Shown here one piece after another: positions 39,381-49,769 of a stretch of 64,000 nucleotides of DNA. The stretch's first letter is position 1, and every line of letters begins with the position of its first letter. The notes below the pieces were generated by a model. The model was not told where the DNA came from. It saw only the letters and a list, made by a program, of their open reading frames with translations, and searched no databases. This DNA is from Cycas panzhihuaensis (lineage: Eukaryota > Plantae > Cycadophyta): contig CM041465.1 in NCBI GenBank assembly GCA_023213395.1, positions 191,029,741-191,093,740 on the forward strand, given 5' to 3'. Position numbers and translations under genes: made by a program.

Positions 39381-39881
39381 AGATTATCCTCCATAGGTAG
39401 CATAATGGGTCACCAAATCACCCAGGATCTAAGATCGTCTCTTCCTCCATTTATAATTCTTCTACACCTCTGAAAGTAGGCCACTAATGATATTAAACTA
39501 TAGTGACCACCAAGTTTGTTTCTCCACCTTATCCTTTGTACCACCCATGGTATGAAGCTCCCACATTGTGACTCTCTATACGTATATGTCTCATGCTCGT
39601 ATTGGCTTGTTGATTATACCCATAACCTTATACATCACTAATTCTTCATAGAAGTAATGGGGGCATCCTCCTCATCCCCTCTTTCTTTCATATCAAATTT
39701 TGAGTGACGCATAGGCAGCCCCTATGCCACCCCTTCTCCTTCCTTATCCACGTGATTTGCCATAATACTTGCCACTCTCCTTAGATGACGACACCTTTTT
39801 TACATTGGTAAACAACATTAATCTTTATGTTGATAGCATTCATCATCACCTAATACTTCTGAATAATGAGGCTCTACTACT

Positions 39882-39891
39882 AAGGGGGGAG
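39882..39891 (+). promoter_or_regulatory. Polypurine tract of C
   Basis: AAGGGGGGAG followed by TGTTTC. Confidence 0.85.
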
Positions 39892-42800
39892 TGTTTCTCG
39901 GCCATTTAGAATAGACATGGGTGATATCTCTTAGGTAGGAATAGGTATATCTCTAACCTTACTCCACATTTACTTCAGGATGTATTGAAATATTTAGTAG
40001 ATATATTTTATGTGATGTTGTGGCTTGCATGGTTGATATGCTTGGTTTGCCTACCTTTTTTATTCCTATGACTATCATTTCAGCCTATGACAATTCAGGA
40101 CAAATGTCCTATGGCATAGTGCAGTCCTCCATCACACCTCCTCATCACTCTCATACTCTTGGGCTCCTGACCCACTTTTGATTGTTGTTAGCATTAGACA
40201 TGATCCCTAACTCCTTATTTTAGGCATGATCACCCTTGCACGTGCCAATTACCCCTCATTGGAGCCTTATCACTACACTCTTCTTACTTAATGAGGTTTC
40301 ATTGATGCCTAAGGGTCTCTTAGATGCCTTACTAGTCCAGCATATTGCTCCATTAGGGCCTAGGACCCTTCTTTTAGGGGGGCCCTAGGCCTTCCTTTAT
40401 TTTTCTTCTTTGTTTTATTCATACTATGGCACTATTTGTGGCACCATGGCATTGTTCGTGGCACCATGGTACTATTTTCAATACTGCAACAAACTTTATG
40501 GTGCCATGAAGTTTACCATGGGGTGATTGTCCATAAGTATCCATGACCTAGTAATGGCCAGTTTCACATTTATTATGAAATTAACATATGGCAAGATGTT
40601 GTTTCCCACCCAGAGCAAACCCTAATTGCTCGATAGACCAAATTTGGGTATAAAAACCTAATTTCAAACTCATTTTAGCTCTCTTGAGAAAGAAAAAAAA
40701 TGCCTCTCACTGGTATCTCCTACCTTCATCTTCCCTTAGGGTAAAACCCCAAGTTGCAAGTCTACAGTAGCTCATTTTCAGTAGGTTTCCTTCCTCAAGT
40801 ACTCACTCCAGTTACTATATCAAGCTTTTGTAGGTTTCTTACTTTTCTTTTGTTTCCAAGTGGAGCCTTCCTCCACCTAATAAGAGGGATCTCTCTCCCT
40901 TCATTAGTTTATGAGGTAATATATATCTCAAATCAGTTTTAATGGGTGTTTCAAGTGTGTTATTTGTTGTTTTTTTGTTTTAACAAGTGTGTTTTTGTGA
41001 ATACTTTCCTTTATTTGCAACAATCTTTCTTATATACTCATTTCCTTAGGATAATTAAAGGAAGGCAAACCCTTCTTTCCCCTTTATTCATCCTTCCACA
41101 CCTCTTGGGTTCCTCTTAGGCCATAAGCAAGTGGATCATAGGAACTTGTAGAAAGGGAGTAGAGGAGCTTATGGCTAGGGTTCTGACCCTCATAGCTATA
41201 TCCTCCAAGGTAGCCCCCTACCTTTCTCATTTCTCCTATGTTATATCCACCTTGCATGCTAAGAAAACCCTTGGTTGAAGGCTCGCCATTGGTCATAGTA
41301 TTCATAGACACTTGCAATGCTTGCAACTCAGCCTCAAACCCATCATTTAATGGGAGATATACTAGTAAGTCTTGTCATTTATAAGATTCATATCCTACTT
41401 TGAAAATCTTGCAAGGGGTGCAACATTTCAACTTTTGTGACTTTTTACATTTTTTACAACTTTTACAACTTTTGTCCTTGTGAGCTATGTCATCTTCTTT
41501 ACTTGCCTAAAGCTATAAAACCTCTCTTGATTTGTCTACTTGGAGTACTTGAGCATGTGGAGGTGTCATATTTGGAGGAGCTAGCCATTCTAAGGCTCTT
41601 CTTTCTCACTCCCTTACCTCCCTTTTCCCTCTAAAAATTGTTTAGAAACTTTGAATGCATATTGAGAAAGATTAAAAAGCATATTATTTCTTTTTCTTCA
41701 AAGCATAAAGTAACCTTGGGATTTCCTTTTGGCAAACATATGCACAGACAAATATCTATTTTCTTTCCCATATGCATATAATCTCTTGTAGAAAGGAAAT
41801 CAATCTATCAAGCAAACATTACTTTCTTCAAGTAAGTGGGAATCACAATAAAAGTTACATGCATTTTGTTACCATTCATTTCTTTTGAAACTTTTCCTTG
41901 CAACTTTTCTTTATTTCCTTTTCCACAAACATTCTAGGGAAGGTAAGGAATCCCCATCAATAGTTTCATCTACAATACTAACTGTGGCTAGGAGCACAAG
42001 GTGGGTGGAAAAGGGAAAGCAACAGAAGGAAGGTGACACACTTCATTAATTGGCTTGATTCCAAGTGCACTCTCTCCAACCATTCTTTCCTCCCTTTTCT
42101 TTTTTCCCTTTCTCTGAAAAGGAATAGGAAGTTGCATTCCATCTCAATTGTAATCATTTACTTGGCATTCATTTAGAAGGAAAAGTTATCCATTGCATTG
42201 GCATGCACTAACCTCACTCCCCTTTTCTAAATAGGGATGGTTTGGGTTATTGAACTACTCATATTGCATCTCTAAAGAAAAGTCACAAAAGAGGTTCCTT
42301 TCCCTTATTGCATCTCCCTCTCTTGCATACTCTTCACATTCTCAACCAGGTGGGGGAGGATATAAAGGGGACTTAGGCCTTCTAATAGTTACTTTCTTGT
42401 CATGCATTAGTGAAACAAATTGCATTAGTCATTGCACTCTCTTCTCCCTTTGCATTCACTCATTCTCTTATTTCCTTGTCCTTTTGTTTATAAAAGTAAA
42501 GGAGAGAGGAAAAAAGAGAGAGAAAAGAAGAGAGTTCTTTCAAATTTCATTTACTTGGTAATAATAGTACTTTGTATCATTACATTACCTTTGGACAAAA
42601 GAAAGATAAAGACATCCTCTAAAACTCTTGATATATTTAGTCACTTGCTTGTTTCACATAAACCCTAGAGGCATCTCCTTTAGGTAACTCTTAGCAAGGC
42701 ACCCCACTCACTTTGACCTTCTTAGGTTTTGGTTCTCCTATACCAAACACCCCCTCTTTTTTTGCACTCTTTCCACTTGCCATGCCTCTCTTATTCCATA

Positions 42801-43129
42801 GGCATCCCCTTCTCCACGAGGGTTCTCCTCCTCTTTTCCCTTCCTTCCAGGAAAAGTGCTTTAGTCCTCCCTCTCCTTCCTTAACCCATTAGGATAGGAA
42901 AGTCCCCCTTGAGACCACTTAGCAAATCGAGGATGCCTTCGCCCACTTCAAATCTGAGAAGGTACCGACCAAAAGGGAGGGTCTTATGTGATATTTGTAG
43001 GTCTCTGAACATGTGTTCTGATGTATGGTTGGCCTTTATGGGTGACCTATTCCCCCCACTCTCAAGGATCTTTGAGCCTCTTGTTTAGTGATAGTGTAAG
43101 CTTGATCCCCTTGTGTTTAGCATCCCCCA
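39892..43129 (+). repeat. 3' LTR of C (~3.2 kb)
   Basis: TG..CA. 42995-43129 aligns with the E1 LTR end (TGTAGGTCTCTGAACATGTGTTCTGATG vs TGCAGATCCCGAACTCGCGCTCCGGCG). Unrelated RT resumes immediately after. Confidence 0.75.
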
Positions 43130-45207
43130 AGAGGTGTGCTTCCAATATCTAATATAATTCCTATGAAAAGAATAAATGGAGATATAAGGTTATGTATAGA
43201 GTTTAAGAATCTAAATAAGAAATCCCTTAAGGAAAATTACCCTCTCCTTAGGATGGAGTAGATACTACAAAAAGTTGCAAGTTCTAAGATAATGTCTAAG
43301 CTCAATGGATTTTCAAAGTATAATTGGGCCTTAGTAACTAAGAAGGATCACTTCAAGACCTATTTAACCACAATTTAGGGAATCTTTACATATAGAAAAA
43401 TGTCATTTAGGTTGGTGAATATGGAAGAAACATTCCATAAAGTTATCAATTATTTATTTAAAGGTTTGTTTAGTATTATCACTATGATTTATTTACACCA
43501 TATGATGGTATTATCAAAGAGTTATATTGAGCACTTGAAGCAAATCCTACAAAATATAGGGAGTTCAATATTTCATTAAATCCAAAGAAAATGGTATTTG
43601 GGGTGACTATTGGTAAGATTTTAGGACATATTATTTCTAAAGAGGGGTTGCCCTTGCAAATAATAAAGTAATCCATGCTTTCTTTTGTAAAGTTAACTTC
43701 TTGTAAAGGTTCATTCTAGATTTCACCAAGATCACCCTTCTTGTAAGCATGCTTTTAAGGAAGGACATTGAGTCTAAATTGACTAAAGAAACCAAGAAGG
43801 CCTTTCATAAAATCAAAGAATGGATTAGAAAAACACTTATTCTATTCACTCCTAATTTTTAAAATGACTTTATTATCTATTCTTATACCTTAGAAGGAGC
43901 TCATGGAACCATGCTTCTATGGAAATATGAATATAAGCTAGAAAATGTAATTACCTTCTTGAGAGGGTTCTTAAAATATTACCAACTTAAGTAAACTAAC
44001 ATGAAGAAATAGGCTTAATCATTGGTTAAATCCATGAAAGAATTTAAGCCCTATAAAATCCATAACCATGCTATGAATTATGTCCCATCACCCCTAGTCA
44101 AGGACATAGTTAATCAAGAAAAGCCAATTAGAAGATGAATTAAATGGCTATCCAAGATTTAAGAACTTAATATAAATGTAAAGGCTATGAGAATAGTAAT
44201 AGAGCAAGCCCTATGTAAGATACTAGTGAAAGACTAAGTCACAGATCTAGTTAGACTAAATGAAAAGCAAGGAATGCACCCTAAATAACTAACCAATACT
44301 AAATTTGAAGATGAAGGCAACTCTAAGCTTAATCCATTCCTTAAGAATGTTGCTTATTATATACATAATGGATTTGACCCTGTCATTAAATAAGAAGGAA
44401 AAAACCTCTTTAAATTTAAGAGTAGTCCCATATGTCTTTCTTAAAAGATAACTATATAGGAGTAACTATGATGGAACCGTACTAAAATGCTTGAGTATAA
44501 AGGAGTGCTCTAAAGTGTTAGAGGAATTTCATGTTGGTTTGTATAGAAGGAACTTCTTAATAGAAGCTACCACACATAAGATCCTTTAAACAAGTTACTC
44601 TTGGCCTATAATATTGAAGGATTATTTTCAAAGGGTAAAGAGTTATCTAGCTTATCAGTGATTTGTTAGAGAATAAAAATTGATAGTTATGACCTTATAG
44701 CCAGTCTTTACTAACCAACCTTTAAAGTAGTGGGGTTTAGTCCTTACTATGTTTATTAACTTAAATTATAGTAAAGGATACACCTTAATTCTTATAGTTA
44801 TTGACTATTTCACAAGTTGGGTTAAAGTTATAACATCCAAGGGACCCACCTTTATTACGGTGATTGAATTGTTTAAGGATTTGTAAAGTTCTTCCAGAAG
44901 TATAGTTTTATCATAAATTATTTATCAAACTACTATCCATAAAGGAATGGGTTAGCAGAGTTGACTAATAGAAACCTAACAAGAATTATGAGGAATATTA
45001 TCAAGCGAAATCAAAATGATTAACATCTAAAGCTATATCAAATGCTATAGCTAAATAAGATTACAAGTAAGGAGGCCATCATCTATTTTCTATCTCTACT
45101 AATTTATGATAAGAATGTAGTCTTATGAACTCGACTCTCCTTAGCAATACTTCAACTTATCAAATATATTAATGAAGATTTATCACTTATAAATAAAAGG
45201 CTATAAG

Positions 45208-45966
45208 TGATAGAATTAATGATTCATTTATTAATTCACCTTCATGTACTTTTTAATTATATTATAAAAATTAGTCACTTTAGTAATATAATGTTATAAA
45301 TTATAAGTATACTTTAAATTATTGCACTGATAGGCGCCCTCAGATGACTTCAGCGAGGGGAGTGGGGAGGGCTGCCTCAACCCTCCCACTTTACTCCCAT
45401 ATATTCTATTTGAAAAAAAAAAAAAATGCAAAAACGTGGACCAGTCCTATGCCAACCGGAAATGACACGTTCTGATCCTTCCTTAATCGGCCCACTAACA
45501 TTGCCTTCCACCTCTACAACTCGCTGCTTCCACGTGGACCAGTCCTATGCCAACCGTAAATGACACATTCGCCTATCGGCGCTCACAGACTGTCAACAGT
45601 CTGCACTAGTAATATAAAGTTGTAAATCCTAGTTGAGGGGCTAAAGGCCCACTTTCACTAGTGTAAGTATGTGTGACACTTGGTCACCATGTAATCAATC
45701 TCATGCTTTTGTGCCATTTGTCCACTATGCATAAACTTGAAATTATCTATATATTGAGGCCCTCTTTTGGTAATTATATATGCATTCTTTGAGAGGTTAC
45801 ATGAACTGTAAACTAAGTTTATGCTACTAAAATGATAGTTGTAGGGTTTGAACTTGATTTCTATCCCATCAATTTCTTATATTATGATCTTGCTTATGTG
45901 CTTATGAATGTTGATTTTCTATGATTAAGATCCTAGTTGAGGGAATAGTAAATCTATTTCCCTTCA
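45208..45966 (+). mobile_element. Solo LTR related to the LTRs of the 54365-61439 copia
   Basis: TGATAGAATTAATGA...CCCTTCA termini resemble that LTR family. Flanks ATAAG/ACAAG form a 5-bp TSD with one transition. Confidence 0.8.
45302..45609 (+). mobile_element. Small non-autonomous rolling-circle (Helitron/Helentron-like) insertion
   Basis: Subterminal inverted repeats 45324-45336 and 45570-45582; 3' hairpin CAGACTGT-CA-ACAGTCTG then CACTAGT; internal 39-bp direct repeat; CpG-retaining. Confidence 0.55.
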
Positions 45967-46483
45967 ACAAGACCTACTGACCTTAGAGAAAATGAGAAAA
46001 GAAGTGAAATAGAAGTTTTTCACAGTCATCAACAAAACATAAAGTAATACTTTGAGAAGGCAATTATGACTAAAAAGGATTTTTAAGTAGGTCATGTGGT
46101 TCTTTTCTAGGATAAAATGAAGGAGAAGCCATGACATATAAGAAATTTAATTCATTATAGCTAGGATTACTAGAGGTAGTTGAATCATTGATATAAATCC
46201 TTCTAGACTAAAGTTTATGAAGGAAGACTTCTTATCTATCCCAAGCATGGTTGGTACCTTAAGACTTTTAAAATAAAGTCCAATTAGCTAGTCTTATAAC
46301 TATTATATATTCCTTTTAAACTTTATAAATATGCCTAACTGCATTTGATATTTTAAATTTCATTTTGGATATAATTTCTTTTGAAACGGTTTCTATAACC
46401 CATTAGGGTTTACACAAAGCGAGGAAGACAATTATTACTCCTTTTATAATGTAACCAAAGCAAAATCTTCCTTCTAACTTTCT

Positions 46484-46720
46484 TGTTAGGGTTATTTTTG
46501 GCATGTATGACACTATAGACTGTGGAAAACTAGGAATGCATGCTTGTACTAGAATGGAGAATGCAAGTGCATATAACTAACAGATTATACATAGGTATAC
46601 ATGAAGGGAATCCAACAAAAAGTCCAAAAAATATACTCTTAGGGTATGCAATATAGGATATGTACCTTTTAGGTACACTTGTAGATAAGAACATATCAAG
46701 TATGCACATAAGGGTATTCA
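46484..46720 (+). repeat. LTR 5' portion homologous to 63300-63530
   Basis: TGTTRGGGTTATTTTTGGCATGTATGAC...; ~230 bp alignable. Confidence 0.8.
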
Positions 46721-47474
46721 TAATATGCATGACAAGTATAGATCTACAAGTCTCAAATCCAATGATGTCAACCCAAGGACATGTATGTATAGATGTACAA
46801 ATGGTCAGAGATTGATTAAGAAGTATAGTCATGTGTTAAAGTGAAAAGGTATAATTCATAAAGGGTATGGTTATGACTATGGATCATAACCATTCACCAA
46901 GAGGCACATGTCAAAGTATTTATTGGTAATTTTCTCATAATTCTAACAGGGAGATCTAATCATTGCATCTAAGTGTATCTAATCTAAGTCAGTGTACAAG
47001 AATTAAGTGTAATGATACATTCCACTAGGGTATGGTATGTATGAATAGTGTAGGGAATTCATGCAGTGATACATTCCAAATTTACATAGAAATATACAAA
47101 TAATGATATTACTTAATAAAATAAAGAGTAACGTGGGATGTTGTGTACTTATGAATGGAAATTAATTATATAATGAATGCATGATTAGTATGTTAAAGAA
47201 TGATGATGTTATGATGATCCATTAATTGTATGCATGATATAGTATTATAATTATGTTGACCAACCCTAGTTAGACTACCAGAAAGTGAACCTTGATAAGT
47301 GAATATCTCAATAAGGGGATATAGGAATTCAACATTGGTTATGTTTCTTATGCCCATTAAGGAGGGATTGGACCAAGAGTTTCATAAGTGGATTATATTC
47401 AAAGATTAGGGAACCCTATCTCTCTTCATGATGGCAAGCTATAACTAAGCCTTTGATAATTGAGGGACCTTCCA

Positions 47475-49300
47475 ATGCCACCTAAGAGGCCTTCAAAGGT
47501 AGGAGATCCATAAAAAGGAACTTCATATAAGGGGAAAGAATCAAGAAGACAAAGGGCATTATGGTAGTAAAGGGAATCCAAATTGAGAAAGTTAAACAAA
47601 TTATGTTTTAAAAACAATGAGACTAAGGAGTAACTTGTTGAGGAATTTAAGGCAAGTGGAGCCCAAACACCCCAACAATGAGAAGTGGAAAAAAATGGGG
47701 AATAGATGGTACTAGTTCCTACCCTAATTGGATCTAACATTATAAGGCCAAAGAAGGAGGGAAATTTACAAGGGGATTTAGAACAAAGTAATATTACAAT
47801 TAAAGATAATACCCTAGGGAAGGAACATAATACAAAGGTGGATGATACTTTAAATAACTTATGTGATTAGAAAGAAAAGATGGAGGAAGGTCCCTTGGCA
47901 TATAAGGAGAATAAACTAAAAAGATAGTTCTTTGAGGAATCACCAAAAAAGGGATCCAAGCAATCATATTTAATAGTGACTCCATTAATAGTTTATATGC
48001 CATGAATACTTAAAACCATTCATTTATGAATACCTTTTAACAACCCTCTATTTAGAAGAGATAGTGTTGTAGTAAACACACTAAGTACATCACCCAAATT
48101 ATGTACTAGAGGAAAGGTAGATTCATCCTTAGAGGAGAAGGATCTATGATCACCAAAGGGTGTGACATTGGATACACTAGAAATAGATAACTTGAAGGAT
48201 TTTGGGAAGCTAGTCTTCAATGACATATCAGATGCTATAGAACACATGTATCTATGCCAAAATCTGATAGACATGAAGAAAATTATAGATGAAAATAAGA
48301 TCATGGCAAGATTTACCTATGTCTTAAGAGGTTTAACATTAGCATGGTACAAAGAGTTAGTTAAGACAAAATCTTAGAAAAATATGAAAAAATTATTTCA
48401 AGAAAGACTTCAAAAATTTTGTAGTAACAAGCTAGTAGAAATCACCTTAAGAGAGATTAAATAAAAATCAAGAGAATTAGTACTAACATATATCAATAAA
48501 GTAAACATAATTGCTATTAATATGGTAAATAAAAAGGTGATTGATCATAATATGAAGAACTATTTTGTCAAAGGATTAAATGACAAATGAATATCTATGA
48601 TGCATACTCATCCTCTTAAATATTTTAAGAATGCCTAAGAGTTAGCCTTAGATTCTATGGTAGAGACAGATGCCCAAGCAGGAGGGCATGATCCTCTATT
48701 ATTTAAGTTATAGGAAGATATTATAAACATTAAGCAAAACCAACATAATCAACCTATATTTTAGATTGAAAAGGCATAGGAAGAATCTAAAATGAAAACT
48801 TTAAGAACAAAAGTAATAAGATTAAAGATGAATACTAAGAAAGAAGAGGAGGAAAATAAGAAAAAATAAGGCAAAGAATTTAGAATAGAGAAATGGTATC
48901 ACATATGTGAAGAGGATTCACATACGACAAAGGAGTGTGATTTAAATCCAAAGAATAGTGTAATCTAATAAATAGATAAATGGTACTACATATGTGATAT
49001 GGACACCCATAACACATGAGAATGTTTCTATAGCCCTAGAGGAAAAGGGTATAAAGGTTGAAGTTGAGGAAGAGGAAGTGACTTAACCAAAAATGTATAC
49101 ACTACAAGGAATATACCAAAATGATCAAAGAAGAAGCTACTTATGGGTAGATGCTTAATATGTTTAGAATTTAGACATTGGAAATCAAAATGTCCCATGA
49201 CCAAATCTTATGAAGAATACCCCTTTGTATGCAAGAATTATGGACTAAGAAATCATAAAGTAGAGGAGTGTAAGGGAAAAGAAAAGGTGACTAACCTGAT
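47475..49300 (+). pseudogene. gag: gag of E with four CCHC-type knuckles
   Basis: MPPKRP start; FTYVLRGLTLAWY capsid motif; knuckles at ~48897, 48984, 49152, 49230. Confidence 0.8.
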
Positions 49301-49769
49301 GACTATAATTCTCGAGACTTAGCAAAAATGTTAAATTGTAAATAAGGAGTCAATGGAAAGGGAAAGAGAACAAGATAAATGATTATTCAAACCCCAAATT
49401 TAAAATTAGCTAGTTCAAGCAAGAAAAGAAAACCTTAGAAAAGGTTACTCAATAAGAGGAAGAAGCAATATTACTAATGGGAAAGCAAAAAATGAAATAC
49501 ATATACATCAAAAAATTTAACGAAAAGAGAATGCACCTATGGCACAAGAGGTAAAACCTCAACCCTAATTGGAACAAGTGGAGGAATTATTTAAAGGGTT
49601 AACTATGGAGGATATCCCTTGAATATTATTATTAATGGAAAACCTAGTTAATCAAGTACAACAGACTATTCCATCATATCAAATGATTGACTAGATTGAA
49701 GTAGGAGTATTACAATGATAAGGGGTCAAAAACGTCTTAAAAAGTTAATGCCATCATTTGATCGAGACC

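Larger units (their letters stand above)
35370..43129 (+). mobile_element. C: old Tat-type 3' half (antisense PMD, aRH, PPT, 3' LTR), same subfamily as E1
   Basis: Nucleotide-level homology to E1 over aRH, post-aRH region and LTR, differing mostly by CG to TG/CA changes. Confidence 0.85.
43140..46275 (+). pseudogene. pol: D: decayed Tat-like gypsy pol (RT, RH, INT), interrupted by a solo LTR
   Basis: ISNIIP..GDIRLCIEFKNLNKKSLKENYPL, GKILGHIISKEG, IVIDYFTSWV, YYP*RNGLAE, GWYLK end. Confidence 0.85.
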
